From Planctomycetota bacterium (lineage in GTDB: Bacteria > Planctomycetota > GCA-002687715 > DRQF01), in the NCBI GenBank assembly GCA_036479435.1, contig JAZGFI010000113.1:1-64000 (forward strand): a stretch of DNA of 64,000 bases, written 5' to 3'. Positions 18,316 through 28,573 of the stretch are shown one piece after another. The stretch's first letter is position 1; the number at the start of each line of letters is the position of its first letter. The position numbers and the translations under genes are program-made. Below the pieces are notes generated by a model. It was not told the origin of the DNA and made no database searches. It was given only the letters and a program-made list of their open reading frames with translations.

Positions 18316-18345
18316 AGCCCGCCTCACTCGAGGGGGCTTTCTTTT
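18316..18345 (+). terminator. Intrinsic terminator of the island operon
   Basis: AGCCC-G-CCTC/GAGG-GGGCT hairpin followed by TTCTTTT. Confidence 0.65.
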
Positions 18346-18805
18346 GCCCACGAAAAGGCACCGTCTACCAAAGAGGGTAGCAGCCGGGGAACACCACACC
18401 GTTCGCTCTAAAGACCACCGATTCCCATCATGGTGCCCACGAGCCTCGAATTTTGGGAACTTAGGCCCATATTTCGATCGCTCATCAGGAAAAGGAGGGC
18501 GACCGTGCAACACCACTTAGTCAAGGCTTCCTGCTAACGGGAAGCGCCAATTTACTTGCCCGGCACGCGAAAACCATTGTGATGATGACGCTCTTCCCTT
18601 CGTGTCGCGAACTCAGTGCTCGAGGGGTCAGCTCGTACCGTGCATTGAGAAGAAAAAGTACTCGCTCGGCGATCGAAGTCGCCCGGCTAATTGACAACAG
18701 CCAAGGTTGCGACATCCACACATCTTGGCGTGCTGTGGTAGTGCTCCGATTCAATCTCTTCCACTAAACTCTACTCCCAACAACTTTGTGGTCATTTGGG
18801 TTCGG

Positions 18806-18823
18806 TTTTTGCATCGGAAAGTA
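18806..18823 (+). repeat. attR-like direct repeat copy 2 (duplicated mnmE 3' end, F-C-I-G-K-stop)
   Basis: TTTTTGCATCGGAAAGTA; reads TTT TGC ATC GGA AAG TAG. Confidence 0.9.
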
Positions 18824-19068
18824 GGATTCGAGGTGTTCTGTGGGGCTGGGTTGTCGTCTGGATGCTGTGGTAAGCTCCGGGTTCCGGGCGGGGGGGCCGG
18901 CCGGTGCTTATCTTCCGCCATGTTTGTCAATAGCCGCGAGCCCTCGCTAAGCGATTCAGGATCGCCTTAGCGGTTCGAAATCGCCGATGGCGATGCAAGA
19001 TCGTCGCGCCAAACAGAGGCGTCGGTTGATGAAGCCTGGGGCTGCCCGCAACGGATCTGCCGTACGCC

Positions 19069-19539
19069 ATGAAATGTCCATTTTGCAAGGCCTCAAAAGA
19101 CAAGGTCATCGACAGCCGCACGGCGGGTGACGGTTCGGTCATCCGCAGGCGGCGTGAGTGCCTCGGATGTGGGCGGCGGTACACAACCTACGAGAAGGTC
19201 GAAGACATCCTCTTTCGGGTTATCAAAAAAGACGGCGTGCGCGTGCCTTTTGTGCGCGATCGCATCATGTCGGGAATGCTGAAAGCTTGCGAGAAGCGCC
19301 CGGTATCGACCGAGCAGCTCGAAGGTGTCGTTGATGACATCGAGACGCGCATCAACGAGATGTTCGACAAGGAAGTCGCCTCCAAATTCATCGGCAACAT
19401 GGTGATGGATGCGCTCCGTAGTTTGGACCAAGTGGCCTACGTGCGGTTCGCGTCGGTTTATCGCGAATTCAAAGACGTGAACGAGTTCATGAGCGAGCTG
19501 AAGGAGATGCTCGAGAAAACGAGTGATGGCGAGGCTTAG
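19069..19539 (+). CDS. nrdR: Transcriptional repressor NrdR
   Basis: MKCPFC...VIDSR...IRRRREC..C..RYTTYE, ATP cone and [10 protein letters not shown] motifs. Confidence 0.97.
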   Translation: MKCPFCKASKDKVIDSRTAGDGSVIRRRRECLGCGRRYTTYEKVEDILFRVIKKDGVRVPFVRDRIMSGMLKACEKRPVSTEQLEGVVDDIETRINEMFDKEVASKFIGNMVMDALRSLDQVAYVRFASVYREFKDVNEFMSELKEMLEKTSDGEA

Positions 19540-21664
19540 GAAAGTACGAAACCGCGGGGGCGAGCTTGTCCCCTTTCGCCAGTCTCGAGTGGCTGAGTCC
19601 ATTCGGGAAGCAGTGTGCTTGTGTGGTCTCGAAGACGACATTTTGGCGAGTGAACTGGCTGGCGTCGTCACGCTCTTTTTAGAAAAGCACTACGACGACG
19701 AGAACCCTCCAGCGCTTGACGACATTCGAGACATGATTAGCCGCGTGCTTGTCGAGACCGGCCACCGACGCATTTCGCAGGCTTATCTGCGCCTTACGCA
19801 ACGGGGGGCCGAACTGCCGTCGCCGGCCAGCGTCGGGCCTGAGTGGGCCTTTTCCGAGGGCCCCGGCTCGGGTGATGAGCCGCCCAGAGTCGCCAACGTC
19901 GACCCCGTTGAGATCATCGATAGCGATGACCAACTGGCGCGACCTTTCGATTCGTCGCGGCTCATGAGTTCACTCGAAAGAGAACTCGGGCTCGCCGAGA
20001 CGGAAGCGCGTGAAATCGCGATTGAAGTCGAATCGAAGTTGATGCGAAGCGGCCTCGGGCGGGCGCCGGCGACTTTGGTCCGCGAGTTTGTCGATTCGGA
20101 GTTGGCGGTTCGGGGGCAAGAAACGCTCCTTAAGCGCCATCGTCTCTTCGGTGTTTCGGGTAGCGTGATCGACGGATGGTTGTTTCCCGCTCAGGTGGAA
20201 AGGCGGGATCCAGAGGAGGCTGCGGGCACTCGCGTCTTGGCCGCCTACGCCCTTGACGAAATCTACAGCCGCCCCGTTGCTCGCGCTCACGCGGATGGCC
20301 GCCTTCATCTCAACGGTCTTGGGCACCCCCAGCGGGTCGATGAGATCGTCCTCGATGCCACGGGTCCCTTGTTTCCGGCGAGCGGGCGCAGCAGCGACTT
20401 CTTGCTGGAGCTGGTCACCTTGCTGCAGTCCGTGCGCCCCCTCGTAGGGCGGCGGATCACGCTCTCTCGGTTTGCAGAAGCTTATGCCAGGTTTGCCCCC
20501 GCTACGGTAACGCGCCGCGGCGTCCAGGCTTTTGCGCGGCGGCTCCTTGAGCACCTGCTCAAGGTCGATGTTTTTGGCCGGCCCATCTTGCCGCCGCTCA
20601 ACCTGGAGCTGCACCTCACCGGCGATCACCTCTCAGCCCCCGGTGCGGGTTCCAACTTGGAGGCGGCCCGTGTCGTCCGTCTGTTGTCCGAAACTTTGCT
20701 TTCAGAGCTCGAGAATCGCCCAAAGCTCGCCGGTCGGCTGGGCTTGAGCTTTCTGTTGTCCGCCACGCCGCCCTACGTCTGGCCCGAGTCCCCGGTGCTC
20801 GATCAGCTGCTAACGGCGGCTCGCAAGCATCGCGGCGTGTCTTTGAGACTGTTGCGTCACGAAGACGAGGTCGGTCAAGGGGGCGGTTTGCGGGCTCGAG
20901 AGGCGGTGCGTCTCGAAGTCGGTTCGGTGGCGATCAATCTGCCCGTCGCTTTGGCGCTCCAAGTTTCCGAGACTTTTGATGATGTTACCAGCGCTCTCGG
21001 CGGCGCCGTCGGGCTCGCGGTGGACGCTCTTTTTGAGAAGTACTGGTTCTTGCGCCGGTCGGCACCGGAGACTCTTAGGGGTCTCTTAGCGCACCTGCCG
21101 GGCGGGAAGGGCCTCCGCATCGAAGGGGCTGAACAGGGGGCGCGCCTAGAGTTGTGGGGACTTCCCCACGCGGTTGCCATGCTTCAGGCTCAAGGATTGA
21201 TCAAGCCCGAGGAAGCGCCACAGGCTTTGGCGCGCATCCTGAGTTGTGCGGACTATCACGCCGGCGAAGAGCGCGAGAACATTCAACTGGACATCTCTAT
21301 TGGTGGGGTCGTGGACCGAGATGCGAAGCGGCGTCTCGCGACCGCGGCCCAGTCCCATGCCTTGAGGCTGGGCCATATGGAGTTGGCCTCCGTCTTGGTG
21401 AGAGAAGACGTCGGCGCCGCCTCCCTCCCGCTGCTGTCGCCCCTTTCGAGCCCCGAGAACCAGGTGTTTTTCCAGTCGTCGGCTTTGGCGCGCATGGGAG
21501 CCGGTCTCCCGCTGCCCGCCCGCGGGGACGACGCCATTGCAAATTCAGGGTGGCTTCGGAGGCTCTTTGAAGGCACGGCGCTGCGGTACCTTGAGTTGGA
21601 AGAACGTCCCGATTCTGAAGAGTTCCAAGGATCGCTCTTCGAAGGCAGTGCGGGGCGCCCCTGA
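19526..21664 (+). CDS. Double ATP-cone protein with a degenerate class III ribonucleotide reductase (NrdD)-like body
   Basis: Two ATP cones; [22 protein letters not shown] and AINLP resemble NrdD; no C-terminal glycyl-radical motif. Confidence 0.7.
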   Translation: MARLRKVRNRGGELVPFRQSRVAESIREAVCLCGLEDDILASELAGVVTLFLEKHYDDENPPALDDIRDMISRVLVETGHRRISQAYLRLTQRGAELPSPASVGPEWAFSEGPGSGDEPPRVANVDPVEIIDSDDQLARPFDSSRLMSSLERELGLAETEAREIAIEVESKLMRSGLGRAPATLVREFVDSELAVRGQETLLKRHRLFGVSGSVIDGWLFPAQVERRDPEEAAGTRVLAAYALDEIYSRPVARAHADGRLHLNGLGHPQRVDEIVLDATGPLFPASGRSSDFLLELVTLLQSVRPLVGRRITLSRFAEAYARFAPATVTRRGVQAFARRLLEHLLKVDVFGRPILPPLNLELHLTGDHLSAPGAGSNLEAARVVRLLSETLLSELENRPKLAGRLGLSFLLSATPPYVWPESPVLDQLLTAARKHRGVSLRLLRHEDEVGQGGGLRAREAVRLEVGSVAINLPVALALQVSETFDDVTSALGGAVGLAVDALFEKYWFLRRSAPETLRGLLAHLPGGKGLRIEGAEQGARLELWGLPHAVAMLQAQGLIKPEEAPQALARILSCADYHAGEERENIQLDISIGGVVDRDAKRRLATAAQSHALRLGHMELASVLVREDVGAASLPLLSPLSSPENQVFFQSSALARMGAGLPLPARGDDAIANSGWLRRLFEGTALRYLELEERPDSEEFQGSLFEGSAGRP

Positions 21665-21800
21665 CATGGTTTCAAGCCGCACGGCCGGGACCGAAGAAAC
21701 TCCATCGCAATATAAATGTCATGCGCATCGAATGCCTTTAGCAGGTGCCACGGTTGTGGTCCAAGGTTGCCGCTCGGGTACCAGAAACTGCTTTCATTCG

Positions 21801-23165
21801 ATGCTGGCCGTCGTCTTGTTGTCATGTGTTGCGGCGACCGGTTTGGCCCAGGCGACACGCCCTTCGGGAAAAACCCCTGTCAAAACGGGTCGGGTCGAAG
21901 GCCGCCTCGTTTGGGAGGGAGCCCCTTGGCCGCGGCGCGAAGTCTTGTGGCCACCAGAACAGCGTGGACATGACCTCAAACTTGAGCGTTTTCTCGTCGA
22001 AAACACCATCTACGAAGAGGATCTTGTCATTGACGCCAAGACACGAGGCGTCGCTGCGGGCCTCGTGATCTTGCCCGGCTTGCGTCTTCCGCCGGCCCCG
22101 CCCAAGCGCATGACAATTGCGATTAGGGGTTTGCGCTTTTCGAGCCGTCAAATCGTGTTGCCGCGGGACTGGAATTTAGGGCTTCACAACGCCGACGCTT
22201 GGCCCTATGAGATTCAACTGATCGCGGGGCAAAAGGTCATGAAGACTATCTCGTTGCCGGCGGAGACCGACATCGATCTCGGACCGCTGACGGGCTCGGG
22301 CTTGTCGCTACGAAGTCGGCGCTTTCCCTTCATGACCGCCGCGATTCATCCGCGTGATCTGAAACCGACCGTGATCACCGACCTCCAGGGGCGCTTTACT
22401 CTCAATGGCGTTCCTGCAGGCAAACTCGAACTCATCCTGCATCATCCCTTATTCGGCGAGATTCGGAAATCGCTGACTGTCGTTGCGGAAGAGACGGTGC
22501 GGCTCAAGGTGCCTCTTCGATCTCTGTCGTTTTCGGGAACCACGACCTTGGAGCCTTTGGGCACGGCTGCCAGCGCCGTTTTTCGGGTCGACGGGGTGCC
22601 CGTGAGTGCCTCCAGTTTGAGGTCGGTCGTGGAATTCTACCGCGCGCGGCACGCTCCTTTTGAAATGGGCGGCGCTTGGCTCGAAACCCAAGCGGTGCGC
22701 GCGGCCGTGCTCCCGGTCGCCGCGATGTTTGCCGGTCATCGATCCTCCGCCGCGGCCCTGGGTGCTAAGATGCGTGCCATCCAGGCTCGTCTTGCCTCTG
22801 GCGCTGACTTCGTTGCTCTCGCCAAGCAGTTCTCTTCAGAGCCTTTTGAGGCTCGCGGCGCGCTGTTGAAGAACCGTCGGCGCCGCGACCTCGATCCTTG
22901 GCTGGGAGCGGCGGTTTTCGAAACCGCGATGGGCAACCTGACCTCCGCCATCTGGACCTCGCGCGGCCTCCATTTGGCACGGGTTGAGGGAAAAGGGGCT
23001 GCGGGCGGCGTCGAACATCGACACTTTCGACATATTGTTCTGGCCTGGAACGAGAAGCCCTCCTGGGGCCGCCTGGACGCGGAAGCACGCGAAAGGGCGT
23101 CCAGGGCGAAAGTTACGGAGATTGGCGAGCGTTGGCGAAAGCGGATTCCCGAGGGGAACCAGTGA
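21801..23165 (+). CDS. Secreted protein: carboxypeptidase-regulatory/cupredoxin-like beta domain + parvulin (PpiC) PPIase-like domain
   Basis: Signal-like N-terminus; TDLQGRFTLNGVPAG; DFVALAKQFS and TSRGLHL; start position uncertain. Confidence 0.6.
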   Translation: MLAVVLLSCVAATGLAQATRPSGKTPVKTGRVEGRLVWEGAPWPRREVLWPPEQRGHDLKLERFLVENTIYEEDLVIDAKTRGVAAGLVILPGLRLPPAPPKRMTIAIRGLRFSSRQIVLPRDWNLGLHNADAWPYEIQLIAGQKVMKTISLPAETDIDLGPLTGSGLSLRSRRFPFMTAAIHPRDLKPTVITDLQGRFTLNGVPAGKLELILHHPLFGEIRKSLTVVAEETVRLKVPLRSLSFSGTTTLEPLGTAASAVFRVDGVPVSASSLRSVVEFYRARHAPFEMGGAWLETQAVRAAVLPVAAMFAGHRSSAAALGAKMRAIQARLASGADFVALAKQFSSEPFEARGALLKNRRRRDLDPWLGAAVFETAMGNLTSAIWTSRGLHLARVEGKGAAGGVEHRHFRHIVLAWNEKPSWGRLDAEARERASRAKVTEIGERWRKRIPEGNQ

Positions 23166-23333
23166 TGCTGCCGGTACTGCTCCTGTCGCTGTTTTCGCCT
23201 ATAACCGGGTTCGGCCGTTTGGGGGCCATGTCCGATGGGCATGGGGCCCGGTGGCGGCGACTCACACACAAGTCTTGCTGGCAGGGCGCCCTCATGATGG
23301 CGGCCTCGAAACGCGAGTTCGGGATGCGAACGC

Positions 23334-26300
23334 ATGAAGCTTAATTCCCTCGAAGTACACGGCTTTAAATCCTTCGCCGAAAAGACAGTAATTGAGTTCA
23401 CGAGCGGCGTCACGGCTATCGTTGGGCCTAACGGTTGCGGCAAGAGCAATGTGGTCGACGCGGTGAAGTGGGTCTTGGGCGAACAGAGCATCAAGTCGCT
23501 GCGCGGTCGTGAAATGACGGACGTGATTTTCAATGGTTCGGAACGCCGTCCCGCCATGAACATGGCTGAAGCGACCCTGACTTTTGACAACGAAGACCGC
23601 ACATTGGACTTGGACGAGTCCGAAGTCGCGATCACTCGCCGCCTTTACCGCTCGGGTGAAAGCGACTATCTCATTAACCATAAGAGCTGTCGTTTGCGCG
23701 ACGTTCGAGAATTGTTGATGGGAACGGGGCTGGGGCCCGGCGGTTACTCCTTCATGGAGCAGGGCAAGATCGACAGCGTGTTGGCGAGCAACCCCGTCGA
23801 CCGTCGCAAAGTTTTCGAGGAAGCCGCTGGCATTTCGAGGTTTCGTGCCCGCCGGCACGAGGCGGAACTCAAACTGGAAAAGGTCGACGCCAACCTTTTG
23901 CGCTTGGCGGACATCATCGACGAGCTCGAACGTCGCGAGCGATCTCTCAAAATTCAGGCGGGCAAGGCCGAGCGTTACCGCGAGGCGAGTCAGCGCGCCC
24001 GCGAGTTGCAGGCCAAGGTCGCGGTTCACCGCTTCCGCGAGAATCGACGGGCACAGATCGAAATCGAAAAGCTGCTCGACGAGCGGCGCGGTCGTCGCGA
24101 CGAGCTCGGAACGGCGCGGGACGAAAAGCGCGGCGCCTACGATGAGATCAACGAGCAACTAGCCGAAGTCAATGAGGCCTTGAGTCTCGAGCGCGAAACT
24201 GCCGCCGACATTCGTGCCCGCGAAAAGGGCGCACGAGAGATGGCGGAATTTCACCGCCGCCATCTCGAGGATCTCGTGACGCGCGCTGAAGGTCGGGAAC
24301 ATGAGATTCATGAACTCGAAAAAGACCTTGAGCTAAGCGCGGGAGAAAGCGAGCAGCAGAGTGCCGATCAGGCATCGCTCGACGTTGCCGTCAAACAAAA
24401 GCGAGAGCGCGTCGCCGAGATGGCCCAGGAGGTCGGTGAGCTGCGCAAGTCGGCCCACGCGAGCGAATCCCAGATTCGAGCCGCGGGCGAACAGTTTGAT
24501 GCATTGGTGCGTCGCCGCACCGAGGTCGAACGTGAGACCGCCCGCCGCGAGGCCGACGAGACGCGGTGGCGTGATGAGACGGCTCGCGCCGATGAGCGTT
24601 TGGAAGAACTCGAACGAGAAGTCGAGCGGCTACAAGCCGACATCCTTTCCGCCAAGAAGAGCTCAGAAGCATCTCACGATAGCCTTAGAGGTAAACGCGA
24701 GAAACTGGCGCAATCGGAAAGCGAAGTTGAATCACAGCGCGACACCATGCGCGAAGCGGAGGAAGCCCAGCGATTGGCCGTCGCTGAGCGCTCGCGGGTT
24801 GAGAGCCGTCGCGAAGTTCTGCAAGGCCACATCTTGCGCCACGAAGGTCTGGAAGAAGGCGTAAGAAAGCTGCTCGCGGCCCGGAAGGCGAAGTCTGATT
24901 TTTTGCCTGGGTGCAAGGGGCTCTTGCTCGATCTCATCGCGGTGGAACGCAGTCAGGCCAATGCTATCGAGGCCGCGCTTGGCGACGCCGCTCAGGCCCT
25001 CGTGGTCGAAACCGTGGCCGAGGCGATGGATGGCGCGCGCGTGTTGCAAAAAAACGGCAAGGGCCGCGCCGCATTCTTGCCCTTGGAGTGTTTCGAGGGC
25101 GCGAACGACGCGCAAGTTTCGCTTCCAGCCGGAGTGTCCATTCGTGAGGGGCTTTCGGCTGCCGATACCAAACGCCTCGAAGGCCTGCTCAAGGCGCTGA
25201 TCGGCGGCGTGATGGTTTGCGAGTTTGACGAACTAGAGAACGAACTGTCGCGCGGTGCCAAGTCAGCGAAGCTGATCGCCACGCGACGTGGGGACCTTGT
25301 TCGCGAAGGGCGCCTGTTTCGCTGGGGAGGGGCAAGCAACGCTCAGGGCTTGTTGGCCGTTCGATCCGAACTCGAAGAGCTGGAGGAGGCCGCCGTTCGC
25401 TCGCAGCGAGAGGTCGCCCGCATCAAATCCTCCTTGGCCGACCTGGAAGACGCGCGTGAGCGGGCCGACGGCGCCCTCAAATCGCTGCGACAAGAAGCGC
25501 GTGAGGAAGAAGGGCGTGTTCACGCTCTAAATCACGAGTGGAAGGGGCTCGAGGCCAGTCGGGAACGATTGGAGGCGGAGCGCGCGCGACTCACATCGCA
25601 ACGTCAAAACAGCGAGAGCAAGTTGGCGACTTTGGCGCAGGCGCGCGAGCTGGCGATGGTCGGACTGGCCGAGTTAGAGGCTCGGCTCAAAGGGGCTGAA
25701 GAATCCCGCGCGGCGACCTTGCAGGACCGCGACAGCTCGCGTGAGAGCTTGGACTCATCGGCCGGCCAACTCGAGATTCACCGCGTTGAACTGGCTTCGG
25801 ACGAGCAGCGCTTGCAAGGGCTCAATAGCTCGCTCAGTCACTTGACGGAGAGGCACTCCCGCGCCAGCCGAGGAATAACTAGGTATCGGGATGAACTGAC
25901 GGCTTTTGCAGCGGATCGGGATCGCTCGGCAAAACTAGCCCAAGAGGAAAAGGCCAAGTCCAGCGAACTCCAGACTGAAGGCGAGGCCATCGTTGAGCGC
26001 ACGAAGGCCAAAGAAAATGACGTCGCCGAAGTCCGCTCGCGACACGAGATCGTGGGCAAAGAGATCCGCGACGTCGAACGCGCTTTTGAAGAGGCCGCCG
26101 AGGCTTTTCATGCCGCCGATGTACAGGCCAACGAGATCCGCGTCAATCAGGAAAATCTGGTCTCTCATGTTCGCGCCGAGCTTGAAGTTGATTTGGCTGA
26201 GCTCGAGAGTCGCCAGGAAGCAGAAGCGGCTGACGCCGCCGCCGCCGAAGGCGGCTCTCCTGGCGAAAGCGGCGATGAACTCGACGGACGTGAAACTGAA

Positions 26301-27353
26301 GCTGAAACTGAGCCTGAGGTTGATTGGGCCGCCGTCGAAGCAGAACTCAACGAACTCAAGGATCGGCTGCGCCGGCTGGGTAATGTCAACCTTGCGGCGA
26401 TTGATGACCTCGACGAAGTCCAAGAGCGCCTGGAGTTCTTGGTCGCCCAAAGAAATGACCTCGTTCATTCCAAGCAACAGCTTGGGCGAGTGCTGGGCAA
26501 CATTGAGGAAGAGTCAACCCGGCTCTTTCGTGAGACCTTTGACAACGTTCGCCGTGAATTCCAACTCACGTTCCGGAAGCTCTTTGGTGGTGGAAAGGCG
26601 GACATCGTTCTTACCGATCCGGATAACATCCTGGAATCGGGAATTGAAATCACCGCCCGCCCGCCCGGCAAAGAGATGCGCAGCATCGAATTGTTGTCGG
26701 GGGGCGAGCGGACGTTGACCGCGGTCTCTTTGCTGTTTTCGATCATTCGCTCGCATCCATGTCCTTGTTGTCTCATGGATGAAGTCGACGCCGCCCTCGA
26801 CGAAGACAACACCGAACGATTCGGGCAGTTGCTCGATGAGTTTTACGAACGTACCCAGTTCATTCTCATTACTCACAGTCGCCGTACGATGGCCCGCGCC
26901 GATGTGTTGTTTGGGGTTACGATGGGCGAGCGTGGCGTTTCACGTCCAGTGGCCGTGCGATTCGAGGATGTCGATGACCACGGAAATATCGCTGGAGAGA
27001 ATTCGCGCCGAAAAAGGCCGCCTGCGAAGCCCTCAAGCCCGCGTCCGGACCAAGACGGGGGAGCCGCGAATTCGGCAGGGAAGTCGACTTCGCCCGGGCC
27101 GGGAGAAAACCCAGGTTTCACGGATTCGGGCCGCAATGGGCATGCGAATGGAAGTGGAAGCTCTGACGAGCCCCAGTCCCAAGGCGGGCTCGAAGCACCT
27201 GGCAGTGAGGTCATTGTCGAGGTCAGCGAAGCGGCGGCTCCGGATGATGAAGGCGGCCAGGTCTTCCCGGCTTCCGATCCCCGTTCCCTCGACCGTGAGC
27301 GCCATCTTCAGGGGAATACAGAGCCGGAACAAAGCGCTGAAGAGGGCGCCTGA
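23334..27353 (+). CDS. smc: Chromosome segregation protein SMC
   Basis: GFKSF, GPNGCGKSN, coiled coils, hinge, LSGGE and DEVDAALD motifs. Confidence 0.97.
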   Translation: MKLNSLEVHGFKSFAEKTVIEFTSGVTAIVGPNGCGKSNVVDAVKWVLGEQSIKSLRGREMTDVIFNGSERRPAMNMAEATLTFDNEDRTLDLDESEVAITRRLYRSGESDYLINHKSCRLRDVRELLMGTGLGPGGYSFMEQGKIDSVLASNPVDRRKVFEEAAGISRFRARRHEAELKLEKVDANLLRLADIIDELERRERSLKIQAGKAERYREASQRARELQAKVAVHRFRENRRAQIEIEKLLDERRGRRDELGTARDEKRGAYDEINEQLAEVNEALSLERETAADIRAREKGAREMAEFHRRHLEDLVTRAEGREHEIHELEKDLELSAGESEQQSADQASLDVAVKQKRERVAEMAQEVGELRKSAHASESQIRAAGEQFDALVRRRTEVERETARREADETRWRDETARADERLEELEREVERLQADILSAKKSSEASHDSLRGKREKLAQSESEVESQRDTMREAEEAQRLAVAERSRVESRREVLQGHILRHEGLEEGVRKLLAARKAKSDFLPGCKGLLLDLIAVERSQANAIEAALGDAAQALVVETVAEAMDGARVLQKNGKGRAAFLPLECFEGANDAQVSLPAGVSIREGLSAADTKRLEGLLKALIGGVMVCEFDELENELSRGAKSAKLIATRRGDLVREGRLFRWGGASNAQGLLAVRSELEELEEAAVRSQREVARIKSSLADLEDARERADGALKSLRQEAREEEGRVHALNHEWKGLEASRERLEAERARLTSQRQNSESKLATLAQARELAMVGLAELEARLKGAEESRAATLQDRDSSRESLDSSAGQLEIHRVELASDEQRLQGLNSSLSHLTERHSRASRGITRYRDELTAFAADRDRSAKLAQEEKAKSSELQTEGEAIVERTKAKENDVAEVRSRHEIVGKEIRDVERAFEEAAEAFHAADVQANEIRVNQENLVSHVRAELEVDLAELESRQEAEAADAAAAEGGSPGESGDELDGRETEAETEPEVDWAAVEAELNELKDRLRRLGNVNLAAIDDLDEVQERLEFLVAQRNDLVHSKQQLGRVLGNIEEESTRLFRETFDNVRREFQLTFRKLFGGGKADIVLTDPDNILESGIEITARPPGKEMRSIELLSGGERTLTAVSLLFSIIRSHPCPCCLMDEVDAALDEDNTERFGQLLDEFYERTQFILITHSRRTMARADVLFGVTMGERGVSRPVAVRFEDVDDHGNIAGENSRRKRPPAKPSSPRPDQDGGAANSAGKSTSPGPGENPGFTDSGRNGHANGSGSSDEPQSQGGLEAPGSEVIVEVSEAAAPDDEGGQVFPASDPRSLDRERHLQGNTEPEQSAEEGA

Positions 27354-27457
27354 GCCCTTCGCCTTCGAGAAAAGATGTTGTCGTGGCAAGTCGCTGAAGC
27401 TGTGAGCCTCCTCTGGTCGATAGGAGGGGAGCAACCCAAGCGAGACGGCCGCGATAC

Positions 27458-28543
27458 ATGCGACACTACAAAATGCTCTTTTTGCTGGCCGGCGTCGGGG
27501 GCGCTTTGATTTTCCTCGCCGGGATCTTGGTTTCTACCGAGCTCAGCTTGCGGAAGCCCATAGACGAGGACAACGCGGTGGAGCACGCGTTTTCCGACCG
27601 GAAGACCGACCGGGTACCGGTGGCCTTGCACCACGGGGGAACGCTTAAAGAAGGCCGTGATCGTCGCAAGCTTTTTGAGCGCGAATTGAACGAAATTCGA
27701 ACCCTGCTTGAGAGTGCCAAGAAAGTAGGTCCCGCGGCAATCCGAAAAGCCCAAACCATCCAGAGCGGTGCCCTAGAGCGAGTGGCGTCCGAAGACTGGG
27801 AGTTTCTCAAAAAGGAATTTACTCGTGGTGACGAACCGCGAGGCTATCGCGGCCTCCTGATCGTCCTCATCGGGCAATCGGGTTCGGATCAGGGTGCCGC
27901 CGCCATTGCACCTCTTTACGACTTGCATCCCATCAAAGTGGTAGAGGGGCTCAAACGTCACGGAGGGGAAGCGGGTCTTAGTGCCATTCAAGGCATCTAC
28001 TCAGAACTCGAATCGAATCGTCCCAAATACGGACTCATCAAGGCGACGTCCGGTTTCCCTGGCGAGCTTTCCAGGCCTTGGCTCGTCGAACTCATGGAGA
28101 CCGAGACGGAAGATTTCATCTTGCGCACCGTCGTCACTCAGTTGCGACAGTTTCCGAGCCGGCACAGTCTCAATGCCCTTGAGAACTTTGCGAGGTCGCG
28201 CCACGAAGACCCCAAGCAGCGTTCCTTAGTGGCCCGCGCCTTCAATTCGATGGCGGCCATTCCCGGGGGTGCCGCCCACTTACTTTCGATCGGCATCGTC
28301 GAAAACGAACCGGTCAGTGTGAGTGATCCAGCTTTGAGAGCCCTGGCGTTCTCCAGAGACTCCGGGGCTATCACCCCCGCTTTGGAGGCTCTTATCGGTG
28401 GCCGCGGGGATGCTCAGGCCTTGGAACAGTACCTCTCCCGCAATCTTGGACCCGAGCACGCCGGTATCGTCTCGGTCTTTTTAGAAATGACCCAAGATTC
28501 AGGCCTCAAGTCCAGGCTGAAAGCCCTCACCGCCACGGACTAA
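27458..28543 (+). CDS. Membrane-anchored helical (HEAT-repeat-like) hypothetical protein
   Basis: N-terminal TM followed by amphipathic helical repeats; fits between smc and the next gene. Confidence 0.55.
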   Translation: MRHYKMLFLLAGVGGALIFLAGILVSTELSLRKPIDEDNAVEHAFSDRKTDRVPVALHHGGTLKEGRDRRKLFERELNEIRTLLESAKKVGPAAIRKAQTIQSGALERVASEDWEFLKKEFTRGDEPRGYRGLLIVLIGQSGSDQGAAAIAPLYDLHPIKVVEGLKRHGGEAGLSAIQGIYSELESNRPKYGLIKATSGFPGELSRPWLVELMETETEDFILRTVVTQLRQFPSRHSLNALENFARSRHEDPKQRSLVARAFNSMAAIPGGAAHLLSIGIVENEPVSVSDPALRALAFSRDSGAITPALEALIGGRGDAQALEQYLSRNLGPEHAGIVSVFLEMTQDSGLKSRLKALTATD

Positions 28544-28573
28544 GCTCGACCGGCCCGCTTGTTATCCTGCGGG

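Larger units (their letters stand above)
17096..18823. mobile_element. Small integrase-less genomic island (or island remnant) inserted at the mnmE 3' end
   Basis: Exact 18-bp direct repeat at both ends; cargo is non-housekeeping genes that look more AT-rich by eye. Confidence 0.8.

Noticed and set aside
18830..19068. NrdR boxes upstream of nrdR
   Set aside because: Only weak partial matches to the palindromic consensus were visible.
13594..19068. Replication origin near yidC-mnmE
   Set aside because: No dnaA, rpmH or rnpA, and no cluster of TTATCCACA boxes was seen.
21659..21715. CCC-TGA-CAT at the end of the NrdD-like gene as a possible read-through site
   Set aside because: Read-through adds only 16 residues after the UGA, with no CxxC or glycyl-radical motif.
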